Shown one piece after another: positions 16,648 to 25,821 of a stretch of 64,000 bases of DNA. Origin of the DNA: a virus. The DNA lies in IMG/VR virus record IMGVR_UViG_3300042898_006838, positions 1-64,000 of that record. One strand, given 5' to 3'. Position 1 is the stretch's first letter, and every line of letters starts with the position of its first letter. Made by a program: the position numbers and the translations under genes. The notes under the pieces were generated by a model. The model saw only the letters and a list, made by a program, of their open reading frames with translations. It made no database searches and was not told the origin of the DNA.

Positions 16648-18291
16648 TCACCTTGTCGTGAAGTTGATGCTGCCAGTTTGCGGGAACGTGGAGCGGTAGA
16701 CGCGGAACGGGACTGCGGCGCCGGCGCCGTTCTCCGTGGCCACGGACACGACCGTGCCCACGAGCACGAAGCCGATGTCGAAGCCGGCGACGTTGTCCCG
16801 GAGACCGACGAGAGCGCCGTGGCTGTCGGCGTAGGCGAAGTACACGTACTCGTTGACCATCCCGGTCATGGCGAAGGTGTGACCGCGTCCCGAGCGCAGG
16901 ACCTTGCCGCCGGGAGCCGTGTCCAGTCCCGGGTGTGGACCGGCTGCGGCGACGCGGATGAAGCTCTCGTCCAGGGCCGGCGCGGAGGCAGCGTCCTTGC
17001 CGAAGTAGAAGAAGCGTTGCCAGCTGATGTCCGTGTCCTCGGTGTCCGGCGTCGCCCCGGCATCGGCGGTCAGGCGGAAGCGCACGAGCTCATTGGTCGC
17101 CAGCTTCTGGTAGCTGCCGGGTGTGGCGGTGAAGGCCGTCGCTGGCATCGTCAAGGCCTGGACCACGGGCGTGCCCAGAAGGTCTTTGGTCAGCGAGGCA
17201 GCGGCAGCCGGGCCGTTGGCGTAGCTGGCTGTGAAGGCCGGTGTCGCGACGACGGTTCCGACTTCAACGGCGCCTGTCGAGGCTGAGAAGCTGGCAATGG
17301 AGAGGATGGCTTGGACCATGTCGCTGGTGATCACGCCCCAGAAGTGGGCGCCACCTGGCTCCATGCGCAGGAAGCGAGCCGGCGGCTCCGTCGTCGGCGT
17401 CGGCAGGCTGGCGATGCCGCCACGAAGCGTCAGTACCCCGGCGTTGAGCGCGCCCACGAAGATGATCTTGTCGCGGGACTCTGGGTCGAAGAACGCCGCG
17501 GCCTCGGTGGCATCCGGGGCGTCGAGGTTCAGGACGCGCAGGGTCAACGGCACGGGGCTGCCGTGAGCCACGGGAGCCCGTCGATCCATGACCGCGAAGA
17601 GCAGACTGTTGGGGCCGACGACGGTCGCTGGACCGAGGGTGGCGGCGGCGATGGTCGCGTGCACTGTCGCGGCCGTCATGTACCGCTCTCGGTGCGTGAT
17701 GGTCTGCGACACGATCTTGATCGGAGCCGACCAGGTCAGGGCGTCGGTGCCGTTGTAGGTGAAGCCACCGCCGCCGCTGACCAGGACGTTGGCGTTTGCG
17801 TTGATCAGGCGCTCAAGCAGGACCTCGCCGTCGGCGTTGCCGCGGGCCGGCAGCTTCGGCGCGTTGACGATCATGGCCGTGTTCAGGTTTGCCGCGCCGT
17901 TGGGCACGAAGATGTCGGCGATCTTGATGCTGTCGACTGGCAGCACAGGCGAAGCCGGGACGCCGACGGCGCTGGTGCGGATGGCGGTGATGGTCATGGC
18001 CGCGGGCGGGAATGTGTCCTGGTACGTGTAGGTCAGGTACACGAGCCAGTGGTCGTTGTTGGCTCCGGTCGGAGCCGTGATCATGCCGGCGATGGCCAGA
18101 CGAGTCTCGTCGTCGTGGATCGTCGTACCGTCGATCACCACCCTGCCGCTGGCGATGTTGATGTTGTAGGTGCCGGGGACGTGAGTGACCTCGAAGCCGT
18201 TCAGCAGGCCACTGCGCAGGCTCTGCAGCCAGGTCAGGACGCCGGGGCCAGACAGGTCGCTCTTCTTGTTCGGCTCGATGAACTGGGTCAT
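16648..18291 (-). CDS. Baseplate/tail fibre attachment protein
   Basis: 547 aa; N-terminal GLLNGFEVT..INIASGRVVIDG..IKIADIFVPNGA resembles fibre-anchoring domains; C-terminal YVYFAYA..RVYRS Ig-like domain. Confidence 0.6.
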   Translation of the reverse strand: MTQFIEPNKKSDLSGPGVLTWLQSLRSGLLNGFEVTHVPGTYNINIASGRVVIDGTTIHDDETRLAIAGMITAPTGANNDHWLVYLTYTYQDTFPPAAMTITAIRTSAVGVPASPVLPVDSIKIADIFVPNGAANLNTAMIVNAPKLPARGNADGEVLLERLINANANVLVSGGGGFTYNGTDALTWSAPIKIVSQTITHRERYMTAATVHATIAAATLGPATVVGPNSLLFAVMDRRAPVAHGSPVPLTLRVLNLDAPDATEAAAFFDPESRDKIIFVGALNAGVLTLRGGIASLPTPTTEPPARFLRMEPGGAHFWGVITSDMVQAILSIASFSASTGAVEVGTVVATPAFTASYANGPAAAASLTKDLLGTPVVQALTMPATAFTATPGSYQKLATNELVRFRLTADAGATPDTEDTDISWQRFFYFGKDAASAPALDESFIRVAAAGPHPGLDTAPGGKVLRSGRGHTFAMTGMVNEYVYFAYADSHGALVGLRDNVAGFDIGFVLVGTVVSVATENGAGAAVPFRVYRSTFPQTGSINFTTR

Positions 18292-18301
18292 GCGCTGGGC
18301 C

Positions 18302-19186
18302 TCAGAAAGTGATCAGCCAGTCGAACTGCACGTCAATGCGCGTGCCGTCGATGTCTGTGGGTTGGAAGATGATGCCCAGGCTGTTGTCTTGCTGCTGGAA
18401 CGTGGTGCGGTTGAAGAGAGCGCCGTCGCTGAACAACAGACCAGCCTCGTGGACGATGGTAACGGGCCCGAACTCGCCGACCGGGAAGTTGTCGCCGTTG
18501 ACGAGCTTGCTGAACAGGACCTGGGTGCCAGGGGTCTGGACCGTGTAGGCCACGGCCGCGGCCAGCTGCGCCGGGTTGTCGAGCTCCAACTGCGTGCCGT
18601 TGACGACGTTCCTCACGCCCAGCGTGTAGCTCTCTCCGCTGATGACCACGGTCACGGTGTCGCTATCGCTGACGCCAGCGGCCACGAAGTCCTGACCCAC
18701 GTCGGTCAACAGGCTCACGGCCCCGGCCACGAGCGTGCCCGTGATGCCGAGGCTGTTGACCTTGACGATCTCGTCCGGGTAGGTCGTGGAGTCGAGGTCG
18801 AAGGTGGCCCCGGGGTTGCCGCTGAGGTTGCGGATCTCGTGGACCAGGGACACGTCGCTGAGGTCAGCCGGGTACAGGTCCTTGCGGACGAGGCCGGAGA
18901 CCAGCACGTCGCCGAGCTGGATGCGGTTGATACTCGACTGGCTGGCGCCGCCAAGCAGGCGAGCAAGGCGTCCGCGACCCACGTTCACGATCAGGTTCTT
19001 GAAGACCTTGTCGAGGTCGACGCCGGCGGAGCGCAGAGCCGCAGCTGCGGACGTGTCGCGTGCCGAGATCGGTTGACCGTGGCGACTGGCCACGTGTGTG
19101 ACCCTCAGCCGGCCGCTGGGAACGATGTTGTCGTGGATGGTCTTTTTCACCGATGACATGATGACCTCGAAATGACCAAGGATCAA
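18302..19186 (-). CDS. Baseplate/tail-collar fibre anchor-like protein
   Basis: KNLIVNVGRGRLARLLGG...HEAGLLFSDGALFNRTTF..VQFDWLITF pattern typical of myovirus proteins following baseplate wedge genes. Confidence 0.6.
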   Translation of the reverse strand: MILGHFEVIMSSVKKTIHDNIVPSGRLRVTHVASRHGQPISARDTSAAAALRSAGVDLDKVFKNLIVNVGRGRLARLLGGASQSSINRIQLGDVLVSGLVRKDLYPADLSDVSLVHEIRNLSGNPGATFDLDSTTYPDEIVKVNSLGITGTLVAGAVSLLTDVGQDFVAAGVSDSDTVTVVISGESYTLGVRNVVNGTQLELDNPAQLAAAVAYTVQTPGTQVLFSKLVNGDNFPVGEFGPVTIVHEAGLLFSDGALFNRTTFQQQDNSLGIIFQPTDIDGTRIDVQFDWLITF

Positions 19187-19893
19187 CGGCCCACGCGCCA
19201 GCGCACGACCAGGGGGGAGTTGAGGGCCTGCTGCCTGTGGCTGTCAATGACCTTGGAGCCAGATAGCAGACGCCGGTCCGCTGTCTCAGTGAAAACTGGG
19301 ACCGTGAAGCGTCTGCCCGTGGCCGCCGGCAGCACCGGGCCGTCGACGGTGACCTGGGTGGCGCTGATGAACGTGGCGATGGCGCGGGTGCCGATGCCGT
19401 CGATCGTCGTCCGCCGCCCCACGTGCTGGGCCGTGAACGGGCCGCTGGCGCTGGTGAGCGTGTTCGTACCCGTGGTCACGCCGTCAAGGAAGGCGTTGAT
19501 GCCCACGGGCCTCGTGAACTTGAGCCCCGCGGCCGCGGCGATGACCGGGCCGCTGAACGTGATCTGACTGGCGCTGACGACGTTCTCGATGACGCGCTGG
19601 CCCCGACCGTAGATCGTGAACGGCAAGCCGACCATGGCCGCAAGCCAAGGGGCGCTGGCGCTGGTGAGCGTGTTCGTGCCATTGGCCACGCCGTCGGCGT
19701 AGACGTTGATGCCTACGTCGATCTCGACCAGGCTCATTCCAACGCGCCGCGTCAATACCACACCCACGTCCGGTTGCCAGGTCTCGGCTCGACCCTCTTG
19801 TCGCTGCAGCGCCAGTAGCCGGTCGGCGGGATTGTTTACCCCCGCGTCCCAGCACCATGTCAGCCCTTGGTTTCCGCCAATCACTACCGCCAT
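19183..19893 (-). CDS. Virion protein with a 70-aa tandem duplication
   Basis: GINVYADGVANGTNTLTSAS..KFTRPV / GINAFLDGVTTGTNTLTSAS..RFTVPV. Confidence 0.65.
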   Translation of the reverse strand: MAVVIGGNQGLTWCWDAGVNNPADRLLALQRQEGRAETWQPDVGVVLTRRVGMSLVEIDVGINVYADGVANGTNTLTSASAPWLAAMVGLPFTIYGRGQRVIENVVSASQITFSGPVIAAAAGLKFTRPVGINAFLDGVTTGTNTLTSASGPFTAQHVGRRTTIDGIGTRAIATFISATQVTVDGPVLPAATGRRFTVPVFTETADRRLLSGSKVIDSHRQQALNSPLVVRWRVGR

Positions 19894-19906
19894 GGCCAGC
19901 ACGTTA

Positions 19907-22855
19907 TCACGGCGGCATGGTCATGGTGACGATCTGTTCCAGTCCCAAGAACTCGGTCGGCACGTTGCCACCCGCTGGCAGGCACTGGAAAGACCGCGCC
20001 AGGCCCAGGGTCCATCCCTCTCCCAGGCTCAGGCGGTCGATCAGCTGCCAGCTCACGGACAGGGAGGCGCTGGTGAACAGGTGTTCGACCAAGACCTCGG
20101 TGGCGCTGATGACGGACAAGATCTTCCACTCCCCGGCATCGGCTCCGGAGCTGATTCGGATCAGACGGCCGACGTCCGCGGACGTGAAGACGTGACTGCC
20201 GGCGCTGGTGAACTTGCCATTGGAGACGAGGACAACAGGGGCTCCAGGATCGATATCCACGGTCACCGGCGCAGTCGTCCAGCTTCCGTCTCCTGGGTGC
20301 GAGCTCACCACCACGTACTCGCCCAGGCCCAGGAACTGCCAGTTGCCCTGGGGTCCGAGATGCTTTCCCTGCCCAAGCTTGTGCCCGTCTCCCAGACGCA
20401 GGGTCTCAGACGGGTCTTCTGGCGGCTCCCCCTCGTCGAAGCTGATATCGTCGCAGAGGTGTGGCCTGTGGATGGCGAAGACATCGTCATCTATCTCGTC
20501 GCTGATATCCTCGTAGCCACTGGTAGTCAGGACGAAGCGCATGACCAGCTTCGTGTACGTGGGTTTGATTCGCAGGGCAAAACGAACAGCCTCGCCGACG
20601 CTGCTCTCGGCCGTCAGCGCCTCAAGAGCCACGAAGACGCCGAAGGTGTTGAAGCGCTCTACCTCGTTCACTCCCGAGAAACGCTCGTGCCACAACGGGT
20701 CCGTTTGATAGTCTAGGACCTCGACACCCGTGGTCAGTGGCTGGAACCGGTTGACACGGGCGCCGGCCGCCACCGTCCAGTCGATGAACGGGATCTGTGG
20801 GCTGAGCTCGTGCTCAAACGACCCGTTCTCGTTGACGATCGTCAACACCCTCCTGATCACACGTCCCAGGTCGTCGCGGAACTCGCTTATCGAGTCGACA
20901 GTGCCGTCGACGCGGGCCACGGGCAGGCCCATGGCCATCTGCAGCCCGCTGTAGACGTTGCCGCGGCTGGGGCCGGACATCAGCGCGAACCAGGTGCCGC
21001 GGGCCTGCGTCAGGTACTGCAGCGTGGACTTGGTGTTGTCCAGGTCCAGGAGCACGCCGAAGTGAGATTGGACGTGGCGGTAGTCGACCTCGGCCGTCTC
21101 CGCCCACTGGCTCAGGCGCGTCGGCAGCTCACGGAAGCTGACGTGGCCCAGGCCGTCGAAGGCGTAGTCGCGGTCCTGAATCAGCTTCCTCGTCTCGCTG
21201 GTCAGCGCCGTGCCCGCGGTCAGCGGCAGGAAGTCTGGATCGATCTTGGTCCGGAGCTGGAATTCGAAGACGCCGGACCCGCGGCTCGTGACTCGGTCGT
21301 ATGCCGTCACCAGGTCGCCGATGCGCAGGGTTCCGGCTGCCACCGGCGTGATGACACCGCGGGCGCGGAGTGACGTCTGTTCGCTGTCGACGACATCGTC
21401 GACGAGCTCCAGGTCGTCAACGCGAAGCCTGGGCCTGTCTCCCAGGCCCGGGGCGCTGGAGATGACCTGGTCGCAGTCGTAGGTGAACGGCCTGGCCGTC
21501 GTGGCCGTGAAGAACTCCTCAAGCCTGACGTTGCCGACAACTGAGCCCTGACGCCTGATGACCTCGTCGAAGTTCATGCGCGTAGCCACGGACAAGCCCG
21601 TGTTCTCAGCCGACAGGGACAGATTTGCTGACTCACCGGTCACGGGCAGCGATGACAGCAGTCGCCAGTCGCTGTCGTCCTGGTCTCGGTAAAGGATCTC
21701 CAGCGTCGAGCCGATGCGCGAGAATCTGATCTCGGCAGCTTCCGGGACCACGGTCAAGGGCGTGAGTGTCGGCGCGCTTTCGAGTCCGGATACCAGGGCC
21801 TGGCTGTCGACGGACAGGAACCTCGTCGTCCGCAGGCCCGCGACGTAGCCGACGCCGCCGACGCCAAGCCTGGCCAGTGCCTGACGATGACCGTCGACAC
21901 CGGCTCCCGGAGTCCCCCAGGTCAACGGGCTTACGGAGACTCCGACGTCGAAGTCCGTGTTCGATGACAGCGGGAAGGCGTTGGCCATCGAGATTTCGCT
22001 GGCAAACCCCGACTCCAAGATCAACGTCGCAGCCCCACGGCTGGCGACGCGGCCGTTTCCGTTCTGAGACCAGCGAGTTGAGTCGTAGCGATGAATGGCT
22101 ACGAACTCGTCTTGTCCGTGACTGCTGCCGAGTGACTGACCGGGGGCGAGGGTAAAGACGTAGCGATCGGCGATGACGACGTAGCTCTGATACTCGACGA
22201 TATCCAAGTTCACGCCCGAGACGCCGAGCACCAGCACGCCTGTCTTGTTCGGTGACACTGGTTGCAGTGAGCTGACCAATACCGCGTCAACGACCGTGTC
22301 CCCTGGCACGTGGATGATCCTGGTCACCACGTTCTGCGGCTGTGGGTTGAAGTCGTCGCTGAACTCCGGATCGTCGGCATAGTCATGCGGCGGCTCGGAG
22401 CTGAGCGTGAAAACAGCCTCCTGAACAAATCCGTCGAAGACTCCACCTGACACAGCTGACAGGTTGACGCTGGTGTAGTCCAGGATGTCGACGCCGATAC
22501 GCAGCGTACCCTGGGCGGCAATGTCTTTGACCTTGAAGTCACGAAGGTCACGGGGCACGAATCCGCGCATGATCCAGGTGCCGTTCAGGTTCTTGACCAT
22601 GGACAGACGGAACCTGGCGTCTCGGGCCATGTTGAGGTTCGAGAGCTCGATACGCACGTCACGCCTGGCGATGGTCTCGCGTGTCGCGTACAGGCTCTTG
22701 GCCCTGTCGACTTGCACCGCCGCACCCCACAGGTCTCCGACGATGTCGCTGTACGCCTCCCAGAACGTCTGCCAGTAGACACGTTCCTCGACGGGGAACA
22801 GGTCGAAGAACGTGCCGAGGCTGCCCCAGATCAGGTCGCTGTCGATTTGGCTCAC
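19907..22855 (-). CDS. Putative baseplate wedge protein (gp7/GpI-like position) with inserted domains
   Basis: 982 aa; directly after the baseplate J-like gene (GTGA overlap); FGVLLDL..YLTQARG..GP and FALRIKPTYT motifs resemble wedge subunits. Confidence 0.55.
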   Translation of the reverse strand: MSQIDSDLIWGSLGTFFDLFPVEERVYWQTFWEAYSDIVGDLWGAAVQVDRAKSLYATRETIARRDVRIELSNLNMARDARFRLSMVKNLNGTWIMRGFVPRDLRDFKVKDIAAQGTLRIGVDILDYTSVNLSAVSGGVFDGFVQEAVFTLSSEPPHDYADDPEFSDDFNPQPQNVVTRIIHVPGDTVVDAVLVSSLQPVSPNKTGVLVLGVSGVNLDIVEYQSYVVIADRYVFTLAPGQSLGSSHGQDEFVAIHRYDSTRWSQNGNGRVASRGAATLILESGFASEISMANAFPLSSNTDFDVGVSVSPLTWGTPGAGVDGHRQALARLGVGGVGYVAGLRTTRFLSVDSQALVSGLESAPTLTPLTVVPEAAEIRFSRIGSTLEILYRDQDDSDWRLLSSLPVTGESANLSLSAENTGLSVATRMNFDEVIRRQGSVVGNVRLEEFFTATTARPFTYDCDQVISSAPGLGDRPRLRVDDLELVDDVVDSEQTSLRARGVITPVAAGTLRIGDLVTAYDRVTSRGSGVFEFQLRTKIDPDFLPLTAGTALTSETRKLIQDRDYAFDGLGHVSFRELPTRLSQWAETAEVDYRHVQSHFGVLLDLDNTKSTLQYLTQARGTWFALMSGPSRGNVYSGLQMAMGLPVARVDGTVDSISEFRDDLGRVIRRVLTIVNENGSFEHELSPQIPFIDWTVAAGARVNRFQPLTTGVEVLDYQTDPLWHERFSGVNEVERFNTFGVFVALEALTAESSVGEAVRFALRIKPTYTKLVMRFVLTTSGYEDISDEIDDDVFAIHRPHLCDDISFDEGEPPEDPSETLRLGDGHKLGQGKHLGPQGNWQFLGLGEYVVVSSHPGDGSWTTAPVTVDIDPGAPVVLVSNGKFTSAGSHVFTSADVGRLIRISSGADAGEWKILSVISATEVLVEHLFTSASLSVSWQLIDRLSLGEGWTLGLARSFQCLPAGGNVPTEFLGLEQIVTMTMPP

Positions 22856-25410
22856 GACAATTTCTCCACGACCACGCTACCGAAGTACGGACGGTAGACG
22901 CGTTCGTCCGTGATCACGCCATCGGTGATGACCAGCGACGGGTCAAAGTCCAGTGTCGACACCTTCAACGGCTCGTTGACGTCGTGGGTGAAGCGCATGC
23001 CCTGCGACAACACGAACGTGTAGTTGAGGCCGGAGACGATGACGCTGTCGTAGGTTACCGACTCCTGGCCGCTGGTGAAGCCACCCAGGTACAGCCTTCC
23101 CTTTGTCGGCACGTTGAAAGCCGGGACTTGCGGCGGCCTCTTGGCCTCCAGGAAGAAGGACGTGAATGACCAGTCTCTGCCGGTGCCGGAGGCCGCGAAC
23201 ACGCGGTCGATGGTCACCGTCGAGCTATTGACGAAGGCGGTGATGACCGCCGGAGCACCGTCTACGAAGACTCGGCGACCGACGTCTGTGGGGTTGACGA
23301 AGACATGTCCTCCGGCGCTGACGATGTTCGAGCTGCCAAGCGTCCAGCTCAGATCCGCGGCGAAGAACTCGACGCCGGGCGCAAGACGCACTGCCAAGTC
23401 TCCGTAGACATCTGGTGTCGGGAACATGTACCTGGTCGTTGTCGTGCCGTCGAAGTTGAGGCGTCGCACACGAATCTGGAAAGGGGTCTGCACGTAGTTG
23501 GCTACGCCGTCGACATAGGCCGCTGACACCAGGTCACTGAAGTCGAACTTGGCACTCGACGACTCACCAAGAGCCTCGCCGGCACTCGACTTCAGCACCT
23601 CGTTCAGCGCATTTCTCACTTGCGTGATGTCTCCGTCTCCACGGTATCGGAAGACGAAGTCCAGGAACACGGGCATGAACGAGCGGGAGAGGATGTCGCC
23701 GCTGATGACGCGTTTACCATCCTGGTCGAAGGCATCCTGCGCCTCGGCGAGCTCGGTGTTCGTGTAGTAGCTGATGCGGACGGGGAACGAGATGAAGTCG
23801 CCACGGTAGTCGGCGATGGAGAAGTTCACTCCCAAGGCCACGGTGCCGAGAGCGACGCCGCTGACGATGACCTGTGTGGCGCTGACCACGTCCAGGATCG
23901 AGCGCGTGGTGGCGGCGACGGCGCCGCTCAAAGATATCTCGCGCCCCTGGTAGCCGGTGAAGTCCGCGCCGGTGCAGGTGTACTGGCTATAGCTGACACC
24001 GTCGATTACGACGTCGACAAGAGAGCCATTGACTCCGGACTTTGGAGCGTTGCCGTCCGTATCGCGCTTCTCATCCATCACCAGCGTCTTGTGCTCTAGG
24101 GCGCTGATGATGTCGAAGGAGTTGCTGTCGGCGATATACCACCCTGGCTCGCGGCTGTCGGCGCTGGACTCCGGGATCGGGCCGCCGACGACCTGAAAGG
24201 TGACGGGGTCGAGAAGACGGATCTCTTGGACCTTGAAGACTGGCAGCACCGTGATGTCGCCGTCAGGAGCGATGGTAAGGCGCCCATTGTTTACGGCCTT
24301 GACGACGGCATTTACGGCGTGTGTGTTTACGGCCGCGGAGTCGAGGGTGAAGGTGAATGTGACTCCGTCGCCAGTAGTCCTGGAGATGTAGCTCACGGTC
24401 TCTTCACTGGCCGTTCCCAGGTCGAGGATCAACTTGCCCTGGGCGGCTACGACACCGGTTGTGCCCACGGCCATCGAGGCCACAAGCGTCGTCGGCGGAC
24501 CGATGCTGACCAGGCGCATGTCGGCGAAGATGTCGACGTGCTGCTGGATGAAGTTGATGGTCTCGAATAGGCTGTAGACGTCGGTTCTCCCACCGACGTG
24601 CACGTTCATAGCCGTGCCACCCAGTGACTCGCGTCCGATCTGGAAGCGTGGGCTGGCAGACGGACCCATGTCGTAGAGCTCGTCACGCAACATCTCGTCG
24701 TCGCCGGCGCCGATGACCAGCAGGTTCCTGAGCTTGCTGCGGAACAGCTGTTGCATGAAGTAGACGGCGCCATCGCGACTCACGGGCACGCGCGTGCTGA
24801 CGCTGCGACTGGCTGTCGCCACGGCTTCGGTGTTGCTCTGCTTAGCCTTGCCGTTGGCGAAGACGCTGACGTTCGTCACCCGCAGCGCGCCGCTGGCGTC
24901 GTTGGTCAGCTTGGAGATCTCGCCGATGTCGACGTTGTACTCTTCACCAGCCTCTTCGCTGGTGAACGGCACGTTGAGAAAGAAATCTCCGCTGTCCTCG
25001 TCGACGAAATAGTCCTCGGTGCGGAAGGCGAGGTCGGCGATGGTCACGAAGTTGAGAGCGTTGTCCTCGGTCGTGGCCGTCAGGCCGCGTGAAAACGACC
25101 TGTCGATCCTGTCGTTGTAGAACAGGCGCACGAATCCAAATGACAGGTCTCCGCTATCACGCTCGACCAACAGGTTCGCGAGCAACAGGTTCAGGTCTCC
25201 GTCGGTCATCGACTCCGGGTCACTGAGGTCGCGGCTGGTCAGGAGGTGTTCAATCTCCTGGTGCAGGACGCTGCTGATGGCCGCGGCACCGCGCGCGAAT
25301 ACGGTGTTGATGGCACTGCCACCGTCGACGTTGGCGCCGGGGATCACCTGTTTCATCGTCTCGACGATGAATGTGCGAGCCTGCTCCTGGAATCGTGGGT
25401 CGATGGGCAT
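22852..25410 (-). CDS. Baseplate J / gp6-like wedge protein
   Basis: 852 aa; SFGFVRLF..TATT..LNFVT..VPFTSEEAGEEYNVDIGEI..VTNVSVFANGKAKQSNTE matches the baseplate J N-terminal pattern; follows the gp25-like gene. Confidence 0.8.
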   Translation of the reverse strand: MPIDPRFQEQARTFIVETMKQVIPGANVDGGSAINTVFARGAAAISSVLHQEIEHLLTSRDLSDPESMTDGDLNLLLANLLVERDSGDLSFGFVRLFYNDRIDRSFSRGLTATTEDNALNFVTIADLAFRTEDYFVDEDSGDFFLNVPFTSEEAGEEYNVDIGEISKLTNDASGALRVTNVSVFANGKAKQSNTEAVATASRSVSTRVPVSRDGAVYFMQQLFRSKLRNLLVIGAGDDEMLRDELYDMGPSASPRFQIGRESLGGTAMNVHVGGRTDVYSLFETINFIQQHVDIFADMRLVSIGPPTTLVASMAVGTTGVVAAQGKLILDLGTASEETVSYISRTTGDGVTFTFTLDSAAVNTHAVNAVVKAVNNGRLTIAPDGDITVLPVFKVQEIRLLDPVTFQVVGGPIPESSADSREPGWYIADSNSFDIISALEHKTLVMDEKRDTDGNAPKSGVNGSLVDVVIDGVSYSQYTCTGADFTGYQGREISLSGAVAATTRSILDVVSATQVIVSGVALGTVALGVNFSIADYRGDFISFPVRISYYTNTELAEAQDAFDQDGKRVISGDILSRSFMPVFLDFVFRYRGDGDITQVRNALNEVLKSSAGEALGESSSAKFDFSDLVSAAYVDGVANYVQTPFQIRVRRLNFDGTTTTRYMFPTPDVYGDLAVRLAPGVEFFAADLSWTLGSSNIVSAGGHVFVNPTDVGRRVFVDGAPAVITAFVNSSTVTIDRVFAASGTGRDWSFTSFFLEAKRPPQVPAFNVPTKGRLYLGGFTSGQESVTYDSVIVSGLNYTFVLSQGMRFTHDVNEPLKVSTLDFDPSLVITDGVITDERVYRPYFGSVVVEKLS

Positions 25411-25413
25411 GGT

Positions 25414-25821
25414 TTAGACCTCGAAGATGACGCTGAAACTATTGCCATCGAGAAGAGAGATGAGAACGCTGATTTCTACTTGGTCCAGGTTCTGAGACAC
25501 AGACAGTAGCCTCAAACCGGTGACCGTGGCGTCAGCGGCCTTGTCCCGACCCTGGCTCCTGCGGATACTGGCCATGGTACGGGCCACTCGGACCGCGGCG
25601 TCGGCCTTCAGGCTCTGCTCTCCCGTCAACGGCCCGCCGGCGATCTCGTTGATCCCACCGCCCTCGTCACGGTCGAAGGCGTTGGACCCCTGGCTGGTGA
25701 ACATGTGGTAGGCGACGACCTGCAGCGCCTCCTCGGGCCCGGAGACAAGCCGCTCACAGGCCTTGAAGCTGAACTTCACGACGCCTTTGGCGTCCAGGTT
25801 GTAGAGAGCGACATCTGTCAT
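25414..25821 (-). CDS. gp25/GpW-like baseplate protein (sheath initiator)
   Basis: 135 aa; LVSGPEEALQVV..MFTSQGSNAFDRDEGGGI resembles the gp25 family; adjacent to the baseplate J-like gene. Confidence 0.7.
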   Translation of the reverse strand: MTDVALYNLDAKGVVKFSFKACERLVSGPEEALQVVAYHMFTSQGSNAFDRDEGGGINEIAGGPLTGEQSLKADAAVRVARTMASIRRSQGRDKAADATVTGLRLLSVSQNLDQVEISVLISLLDGNSFSVIFEV